From: Podarcis liolepis
Lineage: Eukaryota
Assembly: GCA_965112155.1 (NCBI GenBank)
Contig: OZ218104.1
DNA: 64,000 nucleotides
Reading direction: 5' to 3' (one strand)
This document shows positions 25,332 through 36,415 of this stretch, piece by piece. The stretch's first letter is position 1. The number at the start of each line of letters is the position of its first letter. Both the position numbers and the translations under genes were made by a program. Under the pieces are notes generated by a model, which was not told where the DNA came from, made no database searches, and saw only the letters and a program-made list of their open reading frames with translations.

Positions 25332-26780
25332 TGTCATCTGAAGTGCCAACCAGACAACGAGGTTTTGTTTCAGGGTAGGTGCTGGAGGAAAAGGGGGGAG
25401 GGGGAGGGGACATGCTTTAGTGGGAGGAAGGGTGTCTTGGGCTTGTTGTGTAACTCAGCTTCATCACAGCTGTGCCGGGAGAGGGCTTCCTGGCACATGA
25501 AAGGTGGGACGAGGGGGAGTCAAGCCTGGGATGCACTGTGGCAAAGGGAGGGGAGAAAGGTGGTGGCTTTGAGATCCTTGAAGCCCCTTGCCTTAAAGCA
25601 GATGTCTGTGTGCCAGCAGTTACTGCATAGGAATGAGGCCTTTGTATGACACGGGTGTGCATGTTATACAGCTGCAGGCAGAGGTGTAAATAAGCAGATA
25701 TGTATTCTGCATCTTATGGCAAAATGTAGGCGGGATAACTCTGTGCTAATGATGACTTCACATGTAACAGCAAAGTGCAGTTCCCTGTGTCTTTGTCCCA
25801 GGTTGGAGTTGTCGCTTTCTGTAACTTCTGTAGGGTGCTTATGGCTGTTTCCAAGAAGTCATGGTCAGCAGAAGTTCCTGGACACACATTTTCAGACACA
25901 CAAACGCCCTTCAGATATTATAGAAAGGATGCTGTCACACTGGGGTAGAAACACAGGGACCTGTGAATCGTCCCTCAAGTTAGCAAAAAGCAAAATGCTG
26001 TAAATATAGGAACTATGTGTACATAGCCTCTGCTTCCAGATGCATGCCTGAACTTGAAGGGCCTTTCACTACTTCCGAAATGCACTTCATCCTGAGCTCT
26101 AAAGAACCTCTAGGTGAAAGAAGCTCCATGAATGAGGGGCAGGTATTGAGAATGCCTTTCCACAAGCTCTAGAGGTGAAAACTGTTAACAGGAGATTTGG
26201 GGGTGATTTTAGAGAGGGAAAGTAGCTATAAAGCAAGATGGATCCAAGCTATTTGGTTTATTATAATTCTGTTATTGCTGTGTTAGCCACCTTGGGGACT
26301 ATATGCAGAAAGGCAAGAAATAAACTGAATAAATAGATAAATAAATAATATTAAGGGAGGAATTCAGCATAACGCTAAGCTGAACGCCTCTGCCAACACT
26401 AGCATCTCTGGTGGAATGTTCTGCCCTTTCCTCTTATGTGCTGTTCCAAGGATTCTCCTGAACCAATTCTGGGTATGTGCATGGGGGTGGGGACCCCATT
26501 GTGCCAGCAGAAGTTCTTGTACAGCCTTCCATTGTCAGGGCTCATTAGTTGAATGCTGCCCAAAGTGCTGGTTAGGTGGTCACCAAAAGCTAACAGAAGC
26601 AAGTGCAGGCCTCTCAAGCACAAGTTTACTATTATTCTGTTGTGCTCTGAACATTGTTCAATTGGAGGCAAAAGGTTTTCATTTGCAAATCTTGCTGGGT
26701 TTTATAATGGGTATGATTGTGAGTGTATAGACCCTTGTAGAAGCAAGGAACTAACACAGCTAGATGCTGTTTCACATTTT

Positions 26781-27605
26781 GAATCATAGAATTACAGAGT
26801 TGGAAGTGACCCTGTGGGTCATTGAGTCCAAGCCCCTGCAATACAGGAATCTCAACTAAAGCATCCATGACAGAAGGCCATCCAACCTCTGCTTTAAAAC
26901 CACCTAGGAAAGAGAGTCCACCACCTCCCAAGGGAGAGTGTTCCACAGTTGAACAGCTCTTACTGTCAGCAGTGGCGGACTTCCAAATTTCAGTGGCACC
27001 CTGTGCAACACCAAATTCGGCACCACCACCACCACAGTCATTGTTGCAGCACCCTCTCAGCTTGGCGCCCAGTTTGGGCCAACCGGCCATGCTCCCCAAA
27101 GTTTGCCTCTGCTATAAAGTTCTTCCTGATGTTTCGACAGAATCTCCTTTCTTGTAACTTGAAGCAATCATGGATAGCTCAGTTGGCTAGAGTGTGGTGC
27201 TGATAACGCCAAGGTTTCGGGTTTGATGCACGTATGGGATAGCTGCATATTCCTACACTGCTGGGGGGAGGACTAGATGATCCTCAGGGTCCCTTCCAAC
27301 TCTACGATTCCAACTCTGTGATCATATCTCCTCTCAGTTTCCTCTAATGCAAGCTAAACATACCCAACTCCCTCAACCATTCCTCATAAGGCTTCGTTTC
27401 CAGACACTTGATCATCTTGGTCGCCCTCCTCTGCACACATTCTGGCTTGTCAATATCTTTCTTAAACAGTGATGCCCAGAAATGGCTACAGGATTCCAGG
27501 TGTGTTCTGACCAAGGCAGAATAGAGCACTACTCTGTTATTTCCCACGATCTGGACACTATATTTTTGTTGATGCAGCCTAGAATAGCATTAGCTTTTTT
27601 GCTGC
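26781..27605 (-). mobile_element. CR1 LINE 3' fragment with nested insertions
   Basis: LYSALVRTHLE...FW...KKDIDK.ECVQRRATKMIK.LE...YEE.LRELGMFSL is the CR1 ORF2 C-terminus; (ATTCTATG)-type tail at ~26781-26792. Confidence 0.85.
27172..27325 (+). mobile_element. tRNA-Ile-derived SINE with CR1-type 3' tail
   Basis: tagctcagttggctagagtgtggtgctgataacgccaagg head, then gggtcccttccaactctacgattc. Confidence 0.75.
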
Positions 27606-28632
27606 TGCCTCACACTGGCCATGCTGGCTGTGGCTCATGGGAGTTGGAGTCCAATAACATCCAGAGAGCCACAGGTTTCCCCATTCCTGGTCCAGTGTAA
27701 TTTAGAAAAATGTGTGCTGTTATATCATTGCCATGTGAGTTTCCCCACCCACGCTCCACGTCATTTGCTGTTTACAGGGATAGTGAATCTTACCATGCAA
27801 TGACGTCTTGTCATGTGTTTTGTCTTATAGGACTTTGTGGAACAGAAAGGATGGAAAACCAATCTGTGGCTTTCCATCTCTCTCTCTCTCTCTTTCTCAC
27901 TCCCCACCACCACCACCATAATGTCCAGTTTCTACCAAGCGTGCAGTGCTAAACTATGGAACATCTCTTTCACAAATATTTGAACATAGCTTTTTAAAGC
28001 AATTTTCTAAAACACAAACCCATATACAGGCAACTCCTGTTTTGCGTGCATTCAAAGAACATGCAGCCATGCATGTGTGGGCCATTTTCAGACCCAGAAG
28101 GGGACGGAATGGGGGCGGGGTGGGCTTATGCAGGCTCCTCTGACAGGCACAATGATCTGCAATGCAACCTGACACAAATGGTCTGTGTAACCTTGGTGGA
28201 AGGGTTGGGGACATAAATTGAATAGGTAATTTTTCCTCTATAGAAAAAAAACTTTAGACTTTTTTTTAAAGTGACAGGTTAATTAAATTTAAGTAGGCCC
28301 AGTAAGGGTCAGATAAAACTGACCCTGTGGATAGGTCAGTTAGCAGGATACATGGCCATAATATGTATAGACCATAAATTATCTATCAAATCTTTACTCT
28401 AAATAAAAGCAACAAGCATATGTACCAGGAGAGGTTTAGTCGGTTCTTTTAAAGGCCTACTAAACTGAAGATTCAAATAAGGGGATTTGTCGGACAAAAG
28501 GCTATTGGTCCCTCGGGCTCCATGCTCCATGCTCCAGAATGAATGTGCATGCTCTGATGGAATGGGCCATGTTTTGATACATGTCTCTCTCTTTTTCTTT
28601 TTTTTCTCCTCCCTTCCCCCTCTCTTTTTCAG

Positions 28633-29421
28633 AGCTACTTTAGCCAGCACTTTTTCTGGAACACTTTTCAAGTTCTGTATTTAATGGAAATCAAAAACTG
28701 ATCTTTTTGTTCGTTTGTTTGTTGGTTCTTTTGGGGGGGTTTTCTAAGAAAAAAATAGAGAGAGAGAAAGGAAAAGAGGGGGAAAGGAGAGAGATAAACA
28801 CCCCCTTTTTAAAAAAAAGAAAGAAAGAAAAAAGAAAATATATTAAAAAAATAAAAATAAAAAACTCGCTTTCTTTGAGAACGGCATGGAGACGATTTTT
28901 GAACCAGACCATGTTGTCAGCCCTCCTCTCCTCCCACCCTGCAGTCCAGCAAAAAGACAATCGAACGATCACAGCCACTGCCCACGTGGAGTGCGAGAGC
29001 CAGGGGAGCACCCGTGATGCCCAGCACCACCCACCCACCCACAGCATGCATACGAGAAACACACCGGAAGGCAATGGACAACCTACATGGATAGCCATGG
29101 GAAGGGGAAATTTATTTTTGTTTCTTTTTGGGAGAGGGAAAAGAGAACCGTCTAATCTGTGAACTCAAAATGAAAACTCAGTAATGAAGATTGGAGACTC
29201 AGCATTTTCCTCCTCCTCGTAGCTCTTTTTCTTTTTTCTTCTCATCTTTCTCTTGTGCAGTTTTTATTATTATATTATTATCATTATTTTTCTCCCAGGT
29301 TGTTTGTTTGCATTTTTTTTATTAAAAAAGAACATTTTTGTTGTCGTTGCTTAATTTCTTTGGAGAGCCCAGAAGATTTTACAAGTCTGTGAACGGGCCT
29401 TGGGGACACCGTCATCTGCCA
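28633..29421 (+). other. AHDC1: AHDC1 3'UTR exon (alternative internal acceptors at 29261 and 29299)
   Basis: ~45-nt pyrimidine tract ending ttttcAG (28631-32), donor CCA|GTAAGT at 29422. The preceding donor CAGG|GTAGGT is at 25375, 43 nt after the stop. Confidence 0.6.
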
Positions 29422-32400
29422 GTAAGTAACAATCTCAGTCTCCTACAATGCTAGCAGTCTAATGTCCTTTCAGGGCCTTGTGGGAAACTAAAATGTCTCA
29501 CTGTGAGATGCATGAGAGCACAGCTGGTGGAGTTCCAATGGCACAACAGGACTGCCTTTTCCTCTCCTCCCACTGCATGTCCCCACCCCACCCCATTAAT
29601 GTCTGAAGGGTCACCCAACCATCTGCAGCTGATTTTGAGGGCACATGGAGGCTGCAGATGAAGGGGAAGTTCTCTTCCACTAGTGCACATGCCTTATGCT
29701 AATGGAGCAGGAGTACTGGACACCACCCTAAGTACTTCCAAGAGGGTCAGCCATCAAGTGGTGTGGCATATGCAGCCATATCCTGGGAATCAGGATCAGG
29801 AGGATCAGCCAATGCCCTCCCTAGCATTCACTGCCTGAGCATCTGCTTCTCTCTACCTAAAGACAGGATTGGCCTTGCATTGGGTCCAAGTGGAACATAA
29901 TTTATGGGTGTATGCCCCCCCAAGTGACGATGCTACTGTTTTGTCACCAACTTTACCTCTTAAATCAATTGCCCGTTTCCAGGCTCGGGTCATCCTGAAC
30001 TCTCGTTCAGCCCAACCCTTGTTCAGTTTTTTCTCTGGCTAAACCATGTCTAGACGCACACCTGTTTCTTTAATCCTCTTGATTGTGCTGCTGCACCTTT
30101 TGCACACCTCCTCCCTGCTGAGAGTTTGCCACCATCAGAAAGCGTTTTCCTGGAGTGCAGGTGTCTGTCTGGAATTTGCCCCTTTCCACGTGAGTTTCCA
30201 GCTCTAATCAGGATGCACTCAAAGCCATCAGGGCCTGGGTAATTTGGCACTAATTGCATGCCAGGTCTGTTTCTCACTGGCTTGTTCAATTTCAGAGAGG
30301 GCGTCCCTTTTTACAATCAATCGATATTGGATTAGCATACTGAAACAGCCATATTAAAGTCACATTAAGTGCTCATTTAAGCCCATTCAATGGAAAGTGT
30401 GTTGTGTGGGGGAGAGATGGGTCTGTTTATTTCCTTAACCCTTTCCTTGATGTTTATCCTTTTATCTCTGCCACTGAGCTCTCAGGAATCCACAGAACAC
30501 TAGGCATTGAAAACCTGACTTTAAAAAAATAATAATCAAGGAAGTAGGTTGTTGCTTACTTATTTGTTCTAACAGGCTTTTGGGGATTGGCTGCTTTTAA
30601 TGAAACGGCTGGTGCCGTGCTGCTTTTATTGTAATTATTCGTATGATTTTAAAAGATTTTATATATGTATATGGTTTTATTTCTATCCATGTTTAATTGC
30701 TTTTTAATGAAGATTTTTTTCTTTGCTTTTAGCAGTTCTTATTTTTATATGCAAGCTGCCTTGAGCCCTGTCAGGAAAAAATATGGGGAATAATCATCAT
30801 CATGATCATCACCATCATAAAGCCTGGAAGCTGCCTTATACTGAGTCAGACCCCATTGGTCCATCTAGCTTAGTATTGTCTACACTGACCGGAAATCTCT
30901 AGCGTTTGTGACAGGAGTCCTCCTCAGCTCTACCTGAAGATGTGGAGGATTGAACGCAGGACCTTTGGCATGCAAAGCTCCCCCACTGAGCTACAGCCCC
31001 TCTTCAAAGATCAAGGCAGTGTACAAAATGTGTAAGCAGGCCCTGCCCAAGTACATTTTCCAGTTGATACATGAAATAATCAAGAAACGGACTGCAGAAA
31101 GGAGTGCATTCCACGGCCCCCCTGCACAAATGCAGAAATTGGCACAGGATATAGAATTCAGCACACAGATAATCTTCACTCTCTTTTTAAGAGCATGTTT
31201 ATACATCACTCAAGGCTATGTAGATTGGAAAGTGTGTGGGCTGAGCAAGGCTCAAAAGCTAGAGGGGAGCCTGCTGAATCAGATCTGCAGTGGTCAGGGA
31301 GCATGGCTGCTGTATCCGGCATAGCTCTGTGCTGCAAATCTTGAAGCAGGACCAATGATGGAGAGTAAGGAAATGCATAGAAATTGTGGCAGGACTCAGA
31401 GGAGGATTATGGCTATCTCTCTGACATTGTAGCTTTACATATGAAAGTGTTTTTTGACTTGAATGAACATACAAAGGGGCCTCCTTCCATCATAACTCTT
31501 GAAAGGCACATTCTAGGAGGATTCATTTACCTATTATTATTTATTAGGTTCATTTAATATGGAAAATTCTGGTTCAAAAATTATGTGGGGTCTCATTCCT
31601 TTTATCATTTTCCTGCTCCTCTGTCCTATCTTTTCATACGTCTGGTTGGCAAGTAGGCAAGCAGTCCTCAACCAGTGTGACCGCTGGGGGCACTGAGAAG
31701 AACAGGATGGCGGGGGGCTGCAGCTCATGACAGCTTGTCCCCTTTCTGGATCCAGTTTCAGTAGTGGCCTGAAAACAACTAGCTGGCAATAATATCTATG
31801 TTGCAGACAGAACTGCACCCGCACGGTTTGCTATGCAGTGCAGGCTGCAGAGTTTTTGAGGGGGCTTTGGGGCGAGATGCCCTCGTGAGGCCTCTCTGTG
31901 AGTGGGCTCACTTCCTCCTTGCTGTTCACTGATGCCTATTTGCTTGCTATCTGCACAGCTGCTCCGAGAGGTCACTGAACAGACAGTGTCAGCAAAGAGG
32001 AAGAGGAAGAGCAGGGCCCAGGGGAGCCAGAAATCCACAGTGGGGCGTCTTTTGGGGTCCCCACAGTGCCGATCCCTGACACCTGCTCTAGGAACCAAGT
32101 TGTGAGCGCAGTCTCAGCTCATCAGGTCTCCTGCTGCTGAATGAGAGACTTAACAATGGAGTAGAAGAGTGTGTTTTTCCCCTGCACACCCATCTTCCAT
32201 TGCTCTGAGACAGAGGTGGCGACAGCAGAGCAAAACGATGACTTGTGAGTGGCCACTGTGGACTTGCTCCTGCATGCACCTCTATATGTAGCTTCTTCTC
32301 CCCACACTAAAAAAGTTGCCGAAAAGCTTTGGGTTGTGGGTTGTTTGTTTGCTTACTTGCTTCTTTTTTCACTGCAGGGTGGGACATGGTGGGCACCCAC

Positions 32401-33848
32401 CTTTTGATAGAAAGGAGGGCTTGGAGGAATACCTGATTGAGCATACTGGGATGGAAAGGTTGACATATACAGAAGCTGACTTAGCAGCTCTGCACCTTAA
32501 AATCTCAAGCTGTGTGCAGACTGGCTTATCGTTACTCACTACTGAACAGGGCTGGTGTCAAGGGTCTCCATGGTCAGGTTTGAAGTGCAAAAAGCTCAGC
32601 TTCTGTCAGAAACCACTAGGCTGCAGCCCTGCCCAGAATCCATGGTTTTTAAAATGAATAGGGCAGAGCTGGGAGAAAGGTTTCAGAGGCAGGCCTTAGC
32701 TAGGGCATCCGCTCCCACCCGCCCTTTAAACGTGTTTCTAGGGCTGCTGTGGTCAGCACAGTCCCCCCTTTTCCTCCTGTTGCTGCTCCTCATTCCCTTC
32801 CTACTAGCATCCATTTTGATGCCACTTCTGAGAGCCTCTCAGCGGTAGCTGTCCAATGGGCACCTTCTCCTGCTCTCCCATGCTAACTAAGCTGAACAAG
32901 TCTTAGCAGTAACAGTCTCTATGACAACTGATCCCTTAGCTCTCCTCATCCTTTGCCTCGCTAGGATGCCTGTCACTCTGTTTCTTCTGCCTGAGGGCCT
33001 CCAGCATCTGTCACGGGAGGGTTGAACGCGCCATTCCTCTGCATTTTTATGCCTCTTGATCCCCAGGTGGCTCTGCCTCTGGAACTACAAAGCTAGGTCC
33101 CTTGGACTCGGAAGCAGTGCCTGCTGTTTTTGTTTAGGCATGGCTGGAAAGATCTCCATGGTGTGACCAGGGCTAAATTCCGAGCTTGGATTCAGTCCCG
33201 GAACATGTATGTGAACACCTTGGAACCACACAGTCGGTGCCTCTAACCACACATGACGTGGCTGCGGTACCACTGGTGGCTCCATGTTTTGGAGGATCCT
33301 TGATCCTTGGTCAAGACAGTTTCCGTGGCAGCCCAGTTCAGGACTGAGTAAGGACAGTCCACCTGCATATATCTTGAGATTTTTAAGGTGCAAAGCTGCC
33401 AGGCCAGCTCTTGTGCATATCAGCCCTTCAACCTCCACAAACACTCAAACATTCAGGTATTCCTAAGCTCTCTTTTCTGTCCAAAGGAAGGTGGCCACAA
33501 TCTCTCACTCAGCTGGTAATGCACTCTACCAATCCACCCAAGGGCCAGTCTATTTCTCCCTTTTGTTTTCAGGGGCCGACTGCATGCGTTTAAACTACAA
33601 GTGCTCTTAACTAGGTCGTTCTGACCTTGAATGCAGCATTTCCCCCTTACAAATTGCCTGTGTGCAGGCCCCATTCCAGACTGGAACTCTTCTGTGAGGG
33701 GTAGGGGGCCTTTAACCCTTTGCCACCCCATTGCAGTCTTCATCCAAATCGGGGGCCCTATACTAGCAATATAATTTGCAAAAAAGTGAGGGGGTGGGTA
33801 GGCAGAATAGACATCCCATTAACAAATAGGGGCACTTTATTCTGCAAG

Positions 33849-34085
33849 GCCCATAGCTCAGTGGTAGAGCATCTGCCTTGCATGCAGAAAGCCCAAAGTT
33901 CAATCTGTGACACCTCCAGGTCAGGCTAGGAGAGAACCTTATCTGAAACCATGAAGAGCTGCTGTCAGTCACTGTAAACAATGCTGAGCTAGATGGACCA
34001 GTGGTCTGATAGGCAGGATTCCTGCATTGTGGGTGGTTGGACCAGATGACCCCTTGGGTCTCTACAATTCTATAAGTCTATGAGC
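33849..34085 (+). mobile_element. tRNA-derived SINE (Squam3-like); further copies ~14700-14900, 30820-31000(-), 34450-34600, 40135-40230, 58795-59200
   Basis: A/B box head tagctcagtggtagagcat...ttgcatgcagaa...gttcaatc, body ending gagctagatggaccagtggtctga. Confidence 0.7.
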
Positions 34086-34929
34086 TCTATGTTCCAATGA
34101 TCCGGTACGAGAACAAACAGGGGCAAAGTGTTAAAAACAACATGCAAGGATTTAAATCCCCTATCAATAAATAATAACAAGAGCTATGCACAATTCACAA
34201 TTGTTCACTTCAGGGCTGGACAAAAAACCCTGGACCCAGGAGCAGAGCTACACCATTACAGTCACAAATAGCTTGGTCCTTATACTGAAAGATTTGTTGA
34301 ATGGCATCAAGAGACATCGTAGGCTAATATAATACACTTCTCATAGATGGGCATAGATTGCAACGTGCCATGAGTAGATAGCAGATCTGTGGCTGAACAA
34401 TGCCCTGATACCTCTAGTAAGAAAGAAAAGCCATACACTGGCATGATATGGTAGCTCAGTGGTAGAGTACATGCGCTGCCTGCAGAAGATCCTGCGTTCA
34501 GTCCCTGGAATCCCTAAGTAAAAGAATTTCAGGCCACCAAACAAAGGAGACAACAGTGAGTCAGATGGAGCAGGGGTTTGACTCGTACAAGACAGCTTCA
34601 TGTGTTCAAGGCAAACACTGCGTATGTTCAGAGGCTTTCTAAAACCATCACATTCTGAATCGGAGGCTACTTTTGAAAAACCTCATACTCGGGAGCCTCT
34701 TGGCTGCACTGACCTGCTGTTGTTATGCTGGTGTTATTTACCCGAAGGTGGGGAACCTGTGGCCCCCCATATATTGCCGGAGTACAACTCCCATCTTTCC
34801 TAACAACCAACCGATGCTGGCTGGGACTGATCAGAGTTAACATCCAGCATGATTTGGAGGGCACCAGGTTCCTCAAGCCTAGCTTCCTTGTCATTGCTGC
34901 TAATTCTTTCCCTTTGTTTCTGTTCCCAG

Positions 34930-36385
34930 TTCCCACAACCAACAGGAAGATCCTCCCCCGACCACACTGGCTATGCTCTTGTGACAAACGGAAATGCACC
35001 CTTCTTGGTTCCTCTTGACATTGCTCCTTCAGGAGGCTGGGTAGAGAGAAGGAGGACTTCCCCCTTGAAGAATCCTCAGCCACTGAGAAGTCCCAGCAAG
35101 AAGACAGAAGCCTCGTGTTGCCTTTCCCTCCCTGCCCCCCTGCCCAACCCCAATACACACCTGTATTACTGTGGCCCTCTATGTTACTGCCTCTCCTGCC
35201 TCTCCCTGCTGCCCCCAACCCCAGGTCTGTCACTGAGATGCTTGTGTCTCCTTTGTTGAGAAGCAAGGTGGGGTGGAGGGTGGGAAAATGGGGCTTTTCT
35301 TTCTGCACAAAACCAGCAATTGTAAATACTTTTCAAAAATATATGAAAAAATGAAAAAAAAATACAAAAGAGCAAACACAATGAAAACACACAAACACAC
35401 ACACACGCACACAGCGCGTTTTCAAAATCAGAAATATATATTGAGAGGAGAAGAAGAAGAAAAAAAGGAGTCCAGAGAGAGTCAAAGCAGGAGAGAAGCT
35501 AATTGTGTCAGATATGCACTGAGAAATCTATTTGCAGATTGATTGACAAAAAGTAACAAGAAGCTATTTATTGTATATAATGTTTTATTATAAATCGTGT
35601 ATTGTATATTGCATCTGTACATCTGCTGTGGTTTTGTGATGTGCAAATTTCAGCATGGGTTTCCTTGAGGTTTTAAGTTGCTTTTTTATTGTTTGTTGAG
35701 GGGGGGCGGGATTTTTATTTTTTTGTTTTTTGTTTTGTTTTGTTTTTTGGCAGTACGCACCCAAAGATCCAAATTTGTATTTTAAAAAGAAAAGTGGGAG
35801 GGGGGAGAGATTAAAGACAAGCAAATGCACCCTCTTTTGTTAGGGAGAGGGAGGGGAGCAACGGCATTTTCTGAGTTCTCATTGGCCACTTGTAAACCGT
35901 ATTTCTTCCATGTGTGCCCCGTTGCGCCAGTGCTGAGCTCAGGGTGTATGTGTGTGTGCGTGTGAGCGAGTGACTTCTTTTTCCACCTTTGTCCTGCCCT
36001 CTCTATTCCCTCCCTTTCCTGGATTTGGAAACTTATGTACAGCTTTGTGGATTGTGCAAAAACAAAAAAAGAAAGAAACTTAAAAAAAGAGGAAGACCCC
36101 CACCCCTGTTCTGTGTTACCCATTACTGATCTGAACTGTACAACTAAATATACCAGACTTGGTAGTCGACTGGAGACAGAACACACCTGATTTGTCACCA
36201 TATAAGCTCCTGCTTGCTTGATTCCTTCCCCAGGCCACGTTGCCTTCATCCACACCACCCCTCAAAGCCCCTCTTTTTATTTTGCTTCCCCTCCCCCCTC
36301 CCTGTGCCCCAACTGGTCTTTTTGTGTATTTAGGAAGGAATTTTTAATAGACACTTTTTTATATTAAAAGAAACCTATATATTGA
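34930..36385 (+). other. AHDC1: AHDC1 terminal 3'UTR exon
   Basis: Acceptor cctttgtttctgttcccAG ends at 34929. Typical AU/U-rich UTR sequence ending at an ATTAAA signal. Confidence 0.65.
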
Positions 36386-36415
36386 GTGACGAGGCTGCTT
36401 TGTGTGCTTCTGTTG
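36363..36415 (+). terminator. Polyadenylation signal ATTAAA with downstream GU-rich element
   Basis: ATTAAA at 36363-68, U-rich upstream, gctgctttgtgtgcttctgttg about 25-45 nt downstream. Confidence 0.6.

Noticed and set aside
27172-27245. tRNA-like sequences here and at 33849, 34450, 40135 and 58795
   Set aside because: Degenerate stems that run directly into SINE bodies; these are SINE heads, not tRNA genes.
34667-35308. 213-aa minus-strand ORF
   Set aside because: Runs antisense through the AHDC1 3'UTR and a MITE; no protein similarity.
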